From positions 5,952,001 through 6,016,000 of the forward strand of contig CM060732.1 in the NCBI GenBank assembly GCA_030704615.1: a stretch of DNA of 64,000 nucleotides. Direction: 5' to 3'. Positions 48,990 through 60,560 of this stretch are shown piece by piece. The notes below the pieces were generated by a model. The model searched no databases. It was not told where the DNA came from and saw nothing but the letters and a program-made list of their open reading frames with translations. Positions within the stretch are counted from its first letter, which is position 1. Every line of letters starts with the position of its first letter. This stretch comes from Takakia lepidozioides. Its lineage: Eukaryota > Plantae > Bryophyta. The translations under genes were made by a program, and so were the position numbers.

Positions 48990-49401
48990 AGGTGGAAAGA
49001 ATTTTGGTGTGGGGGAATTGTTGCTTTGGTTTCTTGTGTTTGGATCCCCTCCACACCTGCATGCTTGACTGTGCGCCATGTTAGTTTTATGTGGGCGCTT
49101 GTTTTTATAGGTGGTTGATTCGGATTTGACCACCGATCCAATCCTAGAGCATGCTGTCGATGGTGAGGCTAGGGTGATGACCAGTCAGACCATCATTGTT
49201 TCTCTCGTGGTGAGGTTGGGGTGATGACCAGCTAACCATAAAAGTGTGTGCGGTGGATACAGGTGCAAGTGCAGGCTATGTTAGGAACCTAGTATTCCAA
49301 ACCATAAGCCGCAACAAGTTCTCTAACCGGTTACCTTGTGGAAATGGGGATTAGAAACGGGTTCATGACCGGTTGAGTGTCAGTTTGTCAACACGGAGGT
49401 G
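48990..49401 (+). repeat. LTR 3' part plus start of PBS, related to the DNMT-Gypsy LTR
   Basis: Co-linear with 9115-9472; ends ...caACA cggaggtg and is then interrupted by the element starting at 49403. Confidence 0.8.
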
Positions 49402-49402
49402 T

Positions 49403-50700
49403 GAGGTTAGCTATTCAATGAGCATGAGCGGCATAAGCGGAGTAGTAAGACAATCGGTTTTCATGAGCAGAAGTTCAAATTTTGGAATTAAAAAATATTA
49501 AAAATATATATTTTAATGAAATGTGTCAGAAAAATAATAATATAATATTCATTGTGTGAAACTGAAATTGAAGTTTTGGGAGCCATGCTCATGAAATTTT
49601 CTCTTGCGCTCATAGAAAATGCGAGCGACATCTGTAAAAATGGCGCCGAATTTCGCAGTAATAGGTTCCGCAACCTTGGAAAATGACGACATATTTCGCG
49701 GTAATAGGTGCCTCCGGCGAAAAATGGTGCCGAATTTCGCGGCTATAGGTACCTGGCATTAAAGTACGTTGGCCCAAAATTGGAAATGTGGCGCCGAATT
49801 TCGGGAGATGGTGCCTAGGATTGCACAGATTTTGGGCACTTTTTGGCTATGTAACTGGAAATTTGGCGCCATTTTTCCAGACATGGTTCCCGGACATGCT
49901 GGGACTTAGCCAGTTTTTGGCCCAAAATCCCTAAAAACTGAGTTCCAATACTAGCAGTTGTGGGGGCCATTTCTAGAAATATGGCGCCGAATTTCCCGAT
50001 TGATCTGCAAATTCATCCTGCCGCCATCTTATTATGGATTTTGTTTCGACATTGAATTGCTAGTGGACCTCAATGGATATCCAGAAGTCCATAATGTGTT
50101 TGAATGAGACATTACTTTAATATTGCAGGTCTCATTCATGGAGTTTTGGGGTGGATTTTATTACACTGCAAAACAAAATCTAATGCGTAAAAATGCAATT
50201 GAAAATATCCAAATGTTGGATTCCCTTTGCCCCATCAATGATTTCTGGAATCCTTGCCGAGGAGCTTGTGCAGCTCGTTCACGCTCAATGCTGGTGCATG
50301 AACAAAGTCATCAATACTCAAGTTCATCCTCAGCCTCTTTAGGTAAATGTATGTAGATGCTTGCATGGATAATACTTCGTCCCCTTCTTTGTTGCCATCA
50401 ACGAAAAATCCGTACAATTGCAGGTCGGCTCCACTCCGATTGTAATTGTGTATACGTCGTCGCGTACAGCTGAGCCGGCCGTTGCCATCCGATAAACACG
50501 CCCAAGGCCGGGTGCAGGTACGTCCCAGGAGCTCTGAATAGTACAAGCCATCCCAAGAGCATTGGCAATCCGAGTCTCATTCAACTTGTTGGGAGGGTGT
50601 CGTCTCTTCACTCTTTCGAATCGCATTTGGGATATGCGAAATTGTCCAATCCGTCTCTACTGGACCTCGCAGTCTACAATGGCTGGAGTAGATGCATATC
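49403..50700 (-). mobile_element. Mutator-like copy 2 (3' end only) with SWIM remnant at 50626-50339
   Basis: Terminus gaggttagctattcaatgagc; palindromes of type GAAATnTGGCGCCGAATTTC; VYTITIGVEPTCNCTDF...YYPCKHL. Confidence 0.75.
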
Positions 50701-52129
50701 TTGGTACAAACTTTTTTTTCAGATCCTTTTTTATCATAAGACAAGCGGTTTTGGCATTATACTGCCAAAAACAGGATAGTTTGTTAGTTATTTGGAAATC
50801 GTTGGTAAAGCACGTAAGAAATTAGAAGTGTCTACGACAACCATAGAGAGGAGCTTTGGCGTCAAGATGACCATAGGAAGTTGCATCGATAGCAGATTAG
50901 GTTGTCAATTCGGTACCAATAACGACAAGATAATCATGTTCAAACAATACAAGACGACTGTTCCAGTCCCAGATTACGATCTCTCTGTTCTCCCGCCTTT
51001 CAAGTCCAGTAAGAACACACGGCGAGGAGCTTGGCAATTGGAAGAAACAACATGTACAGCGATGAAATATCGCAACAAAGTGAAAGGCTGCATCGGAACG
51101 ACAGCAAATCAGGACGACTTCAAACGACGAAGCGTGGACTTGTTAGCGGTGCAGGACAACTGGAGGGGACTCTGGACAACCTATGACTCAGTGGCAGGGT
51201 CAAAGACCCCAGAGTCCACACCAGGGATTTGATTTCCAAAATACAACAAAATCTTTATGTAGCAAAACTACGACGAATGGCGAAAGGAGCGACTTTTTAC
51301 CACCGATGGACCTGAGAAATTATACTGGAAGTTAGCAAAAATATAACTTTGGGCCTGCAGACTCTCCACTCATGGGGGGGTCTTCTCTCTGGTCTTGCAG
51401 TTTGTCATACTATGACAGTATCCCGGTGATCCCTGCGAGTTCACTCTTCTCTCTCATTTATCAAGAGGAATACATGTCGTTCGGTGGAGGTGGTCGTCTC
51501 CCCGCTGGTCTCTCTGCTATCCATTAGCCATAACTAACTCTTACTTCTTCCTTAGCTATGGCCGCCGCCAGGACGTATGCTCCCAATCGCAGTGCTATTA
51601 CGTTGTGGTTATGCTGCGCAGATCTCAGACTTCTACTCGCTCTCTACCATCTTCTTCCTGCACTACTTTTAAGCCTATCTTAGCTCGATTCCGAGACGTA
51701 TTCTACTCTCTCGATTAATTACAATGTTTATGAGCCTCATTCTCGTCTGTCTGTTTCTCGCCCCTTTGACTACGCTGGAGGACGCATTTCTCTGTCTCGG
51801 CCTCTACATCGAATGACTACTACGGCTTCTATCTACACCAAAGCACCTCAACTCGTTGCAGAATGGTCTACTTCTCATTACCAGGAACCCCCCCGACTCT
51901 CACTACCTCACGACCGGATAGTCTAGTTACACCCCTGCTACATCAGCCCGGCACGCCCTACTCAGGCACGAGGTATTCACATGACCCACACAGTCAATTC
52001 CAGTTTCTTCACGATATGCGCTTCGGGCTTCACCAAATAGTGTGAGTGGCTTCATCGGCCTACAAGACAGTTGTCAAAGGGGGTGGGGGGGGGATCCCTA
52101 ATTGTTTTTCCTCTAGTCATCGCCGCTGG

Positions 52130-54070
52130 ATTGCAATGCGGTGCCGTTTTTCCATCCAAAGGGGTGAAAAGAAAAAAAGAAAAAATTCAAAGTTTTTTGT
52201 TTCTTTTCTCTAGTCATCCCCGCTATATGGAAATGCGGCGCCGCATTTCCAACAATAGAGGGTAAAAGGGGGGGGGGGGGGGCAAAAAAAAAACCCTATT
52301 TTTTTTTTTTTCTTGTCATCGCTGCTGGATTGAAATGCGGCGCCGCATTTCCGTCCAGAGGGGGGGTGGGGGGCAAAAAAATGTTGTTGTTGTTTTTGTT
52401 CCCCCCCCCCCTCTAGTCATCCGCACTGGATGGAAATGTGGCGCCACATTTCCAACAACAGGGGGTAGAGGGGGGGAAAAAAATAACCCTAACCTTTTTT
52501 CTTCTCTTGTCATCGCTGCTGCATTTCCGTCCATGAGGGGTGAGATTGTTTGCAATATTTATTTTATTTTTCCTTTTTCTTTTTATTTTCATTTTTCATT
52601 TTTTCATTTTTATTTTTATTTATTTATTTTTCCCTCTAGTCATCCACGCTCGATGGAATGTGACACCGCATTTCCAACAATAGGGGGTAAAGGGGGAAAA
52701 AAAAATAACCCGAATTTATTTTTCCTCTTCTCATCGTAGCTGGATTGAAATGCGGCACCGCATTTTCGTCCACAAAGGGGGTCTATCCGGGCTCTTCCTT
52801 TCAATGAGTCGGGACGGAAATGCGGCACTGCATTTACGTTCTGAGTCTTAATCACGAAAGGGTGGCATGGAAATACGGTGCCGCATTTCCGTTCTGGGTG
52901 TAACGCATGAAATGGTGGAACGGAATGCGGTTGGAAATGCGGCGCCGCATTTCCATCCAGCGGGTAGAGCTTGAAAAAACACGAAACAAAAAAATTTGGA
53001 TTTTTCTGGTCCCCCCCCTCTTCTGGTCGAAATGCGGCGCCGCATTTCAATTTAGCGAACATGAGAAGAGAAAAGAAAAATGTTAGGGTTAATTTTTTTC
53101 CCCCCCTCTACCCCCTGTTGTTGGAAATGTGGCACCGCATTTCAATCCAGCTGGGATGACTAGAGGGGGCCAAAAAAAAAAAAAAAAAAAAAATTCCCCT
53201 TGCATATCCGTTCCACCATTTCATGAGTTACACCTAGAACGAAAATGCGGTGCCGCATTTCCGTCGAGCCGCATTGAGAGGAAGACCCCGGACGGAAATG
53301 TGGCACCACATTTCCGTTCCACCCTTTCGTGATTTAGACTCAGAACGGAAATGTTGTGCCGCATTTCCGTCCTGACTCATTGAAAGGAAGAGCCCGGACG
53401 GAAATGCAGCACCGCATTTCCGTTCCACCATTTCATGAGTTACACCCCGAACGGATATGCAGTGCCGCATTTCCGTTCCACCCTTTCATGAGTTACACTC
53501 AGAACGGAAATGCGGCACCGGATTTCCGTCCACTCCTTCAAAGGAAGAGGCCGGACGGAAATGCGGCCGTTCCACCCTTTCACGATTTAGACTCAAAACA
53601 GAAATGCGGTGCCGCATTTCCGTCAAGACGTTTTGAAAGGAAGAGGCCGGACGGAACTGCGGCACCGCATGTCTGTTCCACCTTTTCGTGAGTTACACTC
53701 AAAACGGAAATGCGGTGCCGGATTTCCGTCCACTTCTTCAAAGGAAGAGGCCGGACGGAAACGCGGCACCGCATTTCCGTTCCACCATTCAAAACTCTGT
53801 GTAAGGACCGAAATGCGGACGCATCTCTGTGATGAGTCTTTGCAAGGAAGAGTCCAGACGGTGGGCATAGCCGTTATGGGCATAGCCGGTGTGGGCCAGA
53901 GAGGGGCCATCCAGACTAATAGCATCTGTTAGTGTGAACGTTCAACTTGATGTGCACAGGGATGCTTTGTGTCCGTCTGGACGGAAATGCGGTGCCGCAT
54001 TTCCATCCACGTATTTACAGAAGGATGTTGGATTGAGAGTGTGGACGGAAATGCGGCACCGCATTTCCAT
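52130..54070. repeat. Array of roughly 25 copies of palindrome GGAAATGCGG-NN-CCGCATTTCC
   Basis: Period ~52-54 bp in 53240-53830; further copies near 56853 and 56992. Confidence 0.95.
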
Positions 54071-54797
54071 CCCACCCTGGATCATGCGACCGGAGTCGAG
54101 GCGTGAGAAGGATATTTGAGCAGCCTCTCCCTTTCATGTAGGACTCTGTCCTTGGCATGGCCTCCACTTTATGAGCACAACTTGGTTGTCTAACTGTTTT
54201 AACTAACATTCCTGGCATATGTCAGTGTGAACGTTCATGTCTACCGCGAGAATATGGCAGTATCCACCTTTACAAAAATCTGTCAGGAGATGTTATTGGT
54301 GCGTTGAATTCCCCATCATTGCCAGCCATCCCTAATATGGAATCGGAGCTCCCACCTTCATGCATGTATCTTCAAACTTTCTGTCGGCACTTCAAAGTGG
54401 GACTTCCAATCTTCGATGGCCTCCGCGATTCCAAGTACGCGGTGCCACTGAGCCTTCGTCTCTCATTGTACAGAATCTCACATCTGGCAACTTCGGAAGG
54501 TGTTTGATGGCTCCCAATTCCCACGCTATTGTGTGTTGCCCTCCTCAAACGGCGAGAGCAAGGATCTCTTCCGAGGAAGGACTTTGCCGAGTGTAGGAGA
54601 CTTTTCTTTGTTCCAAATTTAAGCTCAAACCAGGCGCAAGGTATTTGGAAGAAGAAAGAAAGGATGTCCCTAGACAGGTTGATGAGACCATTGTGGTGCT
54701 ACATGTCGACAGCGGAGACGGAATCGAGTGGCACGTACCCCCATCAGGCACCATTTTCTATCGCGCTGTGGGAATGCCCATTCCGTACCCAAATTAG

Positions 54798-56580
54798 TTG
54801 CTGCCCACACCATCCACAAAGGAGTTGGAAAACCGACAGGCGGCCATTGCAACCAGAGAGATATGCAACGGTAACAATTCCGAACCTGGTCCGTCAAGAC
54901 CTTCCATAGCTTCTCGTGTGAAGGAATTTGACGTTTCAGACGAGGAAGATGACTGCATGGAAGTCCCCATGTCCTCCACAAGGTCGTTAAAATCCGCCAT
55001 GGACGTCTCTACAGGTGCTACACATGTACCCCCGAGCACAACTCCAACCCGCTTCATTATGGAACTCCTACGACAACTACACCTGGATGGTTCTCGCTCT
55101 GAGCTAGCTGCTCTTCACTATACCAAATTTCTAGTTACTAAGGTTACGTATAATTTTGCCTACCAACGTCGATGGGAACGTCATCTTCGAGTTTCAACCT
55201 TTGTCTTCGTCAAACAAAGCCTCTGGGATGTTAACGAACATGGATCGAAAGCATGACGGACACCCCTGGTGTGTGACGAGGACCAGTAGCATGAAAATTG
55301 CAGATGGTGTTCGTATAAGATACGTCCTCTGTGCGGGGAAGCTGAGGTGCCTCAATCCGACCTGCTTCCACTTTCTCTCAAAAGGAGGGCGGAAAAACGA
55401 GATGGATTGGACGGGCACAACCCCTCAACCATTCATTGTCTCCAGCCAGGCTCATTATACAGGTACTTTCAAGTGCGCCCATTGCAAAGATCCACCAACA
55501 TGCATGTCAATGTGCAAAGCCAAGCAATATTATGTCGGTAGTCAGTTCCCAGACTTGACAAGAGCTTGCATACACGTTGGGGTCCACTGCCACCCCTTGG
55601 CGAGAGGCAACATACAGGAGGCTGTGCAGGAATCACATGACATCATAAAAGAGGAGGTGAAATTGAACCCTGGAGCCAGACCAAAGCAGATACAGCTGAA
55701 GGCAGCCCACAAGATTGCTCTAGGAAAAATTATGTCTAAAGATGAAAAAGACCAAGTGCCCTTGGACGAGAGGGATATGGTGGACCTCTTGGAGTCCGTC
55801 TCGCACGTTTGCAGCCCGAATGTGCGGAATCACATCGTATCTTGCAAGCAAGAATCTGGCCGGGGATCAGACATGCACTCTATCATGGAGGTGAAAGACG
55901 GTGTGGATATGACTACATCCAAGGTAGCAGGTTTCCAGGGCAAGGCAGTGAAACTGACCATTGTTTCATTTTCAAAATGTCAACCTGTGGGCCTGGGAGT
56001 GGAGTCGACTTGGTCACTCGAATAACAAGTGGAAACTTGTCAAATGCTTGGGTGATGTTTGACCACATCAAGCGAATTACAAACCATCAATGGGTGATCA
56101 TAGGTGCGCATGTTTATGACTATCACTCCAAAAAGCTCATGACGATTGCAATCTACGAGATGAAAGGGGAGGACACACACTTTGTGCATCCTACGCATCG
56201 TTGGGGGAAAGCGAAGAGACGGAGACCCGCCTCGGAAGTGAACGAGACAAGGATGGGGAATGCACTTGGGATGAACTGTACAATGTAGAGCTCAACAGAA
56301 GTGCCCCTACCAGGCTTTGGGTGTGTGTATCAGATGGCCACAGCAGGCTCAGCTGTCCGCAACGAGGTGTACACCATCACCATTTCAGAATTATCCGCCT
56401 GCAATTGCACCGACTTACTGATCACATGATCACATGTGGCGAAGAAGGGGGGATCGTATTGCCCTCGCAAACATCTGTATTACGTGTACCTAAAGAGACT
56501 CGGGTGTAATTCCACAACTCATCATTTCATACATGCACCAACGTTGAGCCCCAACAAGGTGCACAGGCATCTGAATATGG
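54798..56580 (+). pseudogene. Frameshifted, internally deleted transposase: GCM-like Zn domain, start of MULE-type DDE domain, SWIM
   Basis: DGHPW...CAGKLRCLNPTC...CAHCKDPPTCMSMCKA...IHVGVHCHP parallels GCM (SCLGV..C..CPNC..C..GEHDHP). Then WVMFDHIKR...GAHVYD...IAIYEMKGED, then a jump at ~56180 to SWIM (CNCTD...PRKHLYYVY). Frameshifts near 55150 and 55900. Confidence 0.7.
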
Positions 56581-59329
56581 ATCCAGGGGACCAGTGACCT
56601 TGGTTTCCGGGGCACAAGACAATGTTACGCTCATCTTTTCCGAAGTTTCAGTTGTTGAACTGTACTGCTGCAAGTACCTCAGACTTTGGCAAGAGAACTG
56701 TTCGAGTTATGTCTTGCCTACCAGTACCTACTTTGGTCAAACTAAGATACTAATATGTCATTGCCTTCTGTTTCCACGTGCCTGGATTTTTTTTGGGGTT
56801 GTTACTTTTATCCTCACCCCAAACTTTGCATACCTCATTCGACCCTCGACAAGGAAATGCGGCATCGCATTTCCAAGTACTGTGGCCACCACTACCAATA
56901 CAAATTTTGGTCATAGTAAGATAGTCGCACCGAGTCTTTTGGGCGCCGACTGTGGAGAACAGACTCCTCAAAAATCTCGCACATGCGAATCAAAATTCGG
57001 CACCGCATTTCCCAATGGAGTCGCAAACCTTTCCCGCAGAATGCAGGAATAAGCAAAAAATTTCAAGCACTGCAGACTGTGTTGTTGCATGGGGATCATA
57101 CAATCGCGAGAAAAGGGTCAGCTTCATTCCAATGTCAGGGCATATAAAACCGCGGAATATTCTATACACGCCAGTATACGACGTTCTTTTGCTGTGGGAC
57201 ACTGGATTTTTTTTTCGTTGCACGGTGGGTTTTTTCCATGAGCAAACTTACGAAACCATGAATCGAATTGTTACTCACGATATATCTTCGCCGCATTACA
57301 GGATCTGGAAATTCCAAAATAGTCAATGTCAAATTTAAAAAACTATTATTTAAATACTTTTTTAATCTGCCGCATTTCCAAATTTGGAGAAGTCCGCTCA
57401 TGAAAACGGCGTGTCTTAGACTTCGGCTCACGGCTCATGCGGCTCATGGCTCATGGTTTCTGGCTCATGAAATAGCAAATCTCCTTGAGAGGAGTGGCAG
57501 GGGTTGGAAGAGAAGACATGTGTGGGTGTGGGTGGGAGAAGAAGCCACAGATAGGGTGGGCGCACAGTGGGTGAGAAATGACAGATAGAAGAGGGAGAGT
57601 GAAGATGTGGGTGAAATACGATGAGGGGGGCAGTTGCAGAAGGAGAGAGTGTGTGGGGTGGGGAGCGCCAGTGAGTGGACAGAGGGGGGAAGAGACGTAC
57701 TGAGAGGAGAGCGCAAAGAGTACTTGATGGTGTAGGGAAAATAGGAGATAGAGGGTATATAGGAATAGACAGGGTCTTGAGGTGTGATATGTTGATGGGC
57801 ACATCTGGGTGTGGTGTCAATGTAATTGATCAGAGGCGGCATGAAATGAAGGGCGTTCCGGTATGATGAGTGAGGTGGAGGCGGCCATAGCAGCGAGGCT
57901 TGCAACTTGGAGTAGCCTATTTGTGTCATGGCGGGGGGATATGCCGTGATTTGTGTGCAAGGGGAGTAGCCTGCAGGTTGGTTTAGAGAGTAGTCATGAG
58001 TGGAGTAATGAGCAGGGATGCTGGCATGTACAGGTTGTGGTGTAGTTCGCATGGCAGGGAGAGACAAGAGGCTAGGTGTCAACCATTAATGCACCCCATT
58101 AACAGTTGCATACTTAATTTAGGGTTCGTGTTAGACAGAGCTAGGTTAGGTCCCGAAGGCGCCGCCTAGCCCCAAGGGTGCTACTAGTGTGGATTATAAT
58201 TTTTCTATGTTATAAGTGTTTGCATTTGTAATTTGTAACCAACAGTTAGTACTAATTCATTGACGTATGTACGAAAACAATAGTCCAGAAATAAGTAATG
58301 CGAATGTATAATTACCCTCGGTATAAAGGGTTATGGTTATTTTAGAGGAGAGATATTCTAGTGTAAATATTAATTATTCAGTAAACAACAAAAAAAAAAA
58401 ATCAATTAACCAACTTTATTATTTCTTTTCTTTTTGAATAACTTTATGTATATGTTCAAAAGATAGAGATACTGATTTATTTAGTTTTTACTAGTACCTA
58501 TTAATTTAGGTGAGTCAAGAATATATAATTAATTAGAGGAAAATATTAGCCCAACAAACAATATTAATATAACCAAAATAAAAGAAGAGAATCAAAACCA
58601 ACTATAGGAAAGCCATGTGGCGGCTATTGGGATTTGAAACCCCAACCTCGAATGTGCGAGCGAAATCTCTAACCGATAAGTCCCTCAAGTTATATTCAAA
58701 GCTAATTTGTCTATCTAAGTACTTATAGGGCTATTACAAAGGTTCTGAACAGATGAGCAAAACTAAATAAGTTGCAGCCGACAGGACTTGAACCCCCAAC
58801 CCCATAAGTATGAACTACCAAACCAACCATCAAACTAACCTAGAGATGTTGTTACAATAGGGTTTCTTTTAGTTATTTAGACACAATAGTCAAATCTCAC
58901 TTTGTAACATGGCCTGGCAGTTAAAATTCTCTGTTTTCAAAAATTCATAAGTCCCTACTACATTCTTCAATTCACTTGCTGTAAAACAGAGGCTCTAACC
59001 TAAGCTTTACTCAACAAGATTTTGGAATTAGTTTGTGAATCAAGGTCCATAAAAAGGTTTTAACTCAAATCGTGGCTGCTCATAATAATAACAAAACTAT
59101 TTTGCAGTCAAGAATTGACCCTGTTCAAAAATTCCTAATTCTGCACTCACCACTTGTTTTCCTTAAATTTGAATCAGATTCCCATTAACATTCTTCTTTC
59201 TATGGGCTTCAATAAGCACCTCTTCTAGATCATCCAAACACTAATTAAGGTCTCAGCTTGAAGTTAGTAATTTAATCAATAATACTTCATGTGCTGGGCC
59301 AACAAAGAAAACAAACTAAGTCACATCCT

Positions 59330-60560
59330 GGTATGACTTCCCAGTTGAAAATCGATAGGGCGGTATTCCGTTGACCCAGCCGCCTTCAATTCAAGTACCC
59401 AAGGCTCGTTACCTGGAAAGGACAGAAGAGAACAGAACAGGGAAGAAAGAAGAAAAAGAAAACAAACAACCAAGACGAGACACTTCTTCAAACGATTCGG
59501 CTGTAGCTTCGGAGTGCTAGATTTCCAAGGTCGTTTCCCCTAGCTCGGTGTAAATCTAGGATGGTCTAGGATATCTGAAGTTCAGACTCGAGTTTGTCTC
59601 TATAGAACTCCAAGTAGATATAGAGGGTAGTCTTATACAAAATAATCAACTACTCGAGGTGGAGTTTCCCACACGGTGCTCACCCGAGCACTAGTCCCGA
59701 ATTGATGTCGCTGGTGGTGCAGGTTTGATGAATTCTGCTCACGGAACTGATATGAGTTGCTACAGTACGGACGACCGATCAGATTATAGAGAGGGTATGT
59801 ACACGATCAACTCAAAGGGAATCTAGACAATAAGAAGCTTCTCTTATTCAATCATGCACGTCTCAGTGTACCACACTACCTTCAACTAATACGGCACCTT
59901 AATCCCAACGACTTGCGGCTGTAATATTTGATCCAAAACAGTTCGCTATACACCTTTATTCTTCACACAACATCTAGCATACACTAAAACGAAGAAAGAG
60001 AGCGAAGAGGGAGAGAGCGAAGAGGGAGAGAGCGAAGAGGAAGAGAGGGAGCGAGAGAAATAAGAACTAGATTGTCTCTGTTCTCCCTTTCGCCGGCTGA
60101 TTTATAGCAGTCCGTCGCCCTACATCCGTCACTTGTTTTGACGACTTTCATCCATCCCTTTCTCAAAAAAATAAAATAAATCACCACTGGTGCATATAAG
60201 CACCGACACCTAATTAAAGTTTTTAATTAATTTTCCTAGAGTGTTCATTAATAGAAGATATAATCTTTTTTGTTTTAATCCTTCAGATCTGCACCCTCCA
60301 CCTGAACGGACCAGATCGAACCACGTGTTTTTCCTCCATCCATTGTCATATGTCCAGAAATCCAGCCCGTAATCCATCCATCCATGGTTCCATCCGCTGA
60401 TTTCATCCATTTTCATTCTTCCTCATAATTTTCATCCATCTGTAACTTTCATCCATCCAAGGACATGACAAACTTACATTGATACATGAGCCATTTTAAA
60501 TCCTCATGAATGTTGCTCCTCATCCATGTCATTCATCCGTTTGGGAAGTGGGGATCGCTA
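59330..60560 (-). mobile_element. Probable LTR/leader of another retrotransposon
   Basis: Non-coding, with CATCC/GGATG-rich repeats like the other LTRs here and a 15-bp purine tandem repeat at 59990-60050. No coding support. Confidence 0.3.

Larger units (their letters stand above)
52130..57483 (+). mobile_element. Mutator-like copy 3 with GCM-like/DDE/SWIM transposase pseudogene; left end uncertain
   Basis: Palindrome array, transposase remnant and right terminus ...gctcatgaaatagcaaatctc, which is homologous to the 49403 terminus. Confidence 0.75.

Noticed and set aside
50792-52070. 146-aa ORF and neighbouring sequence
   Set aside because: No recognisable motif or splice structure, so it cannot be assigned.
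49403-57483. A single 8-kb element bounded by TIRs
   Set aside because: No TSD (cggaggtgt vs cttgagagg), and each end has its own SWIM remnant pointing toward it. These are better explained as the 3' ends of two related elements in opposite orientation.
58620-58830. Two tRNA-like segments on the minus strand (box B-like GGTTCAAGTCC)
   Set aside because: No convincing cloverleaf or acceptor stem; at most decayed tRNA-derived repeats.
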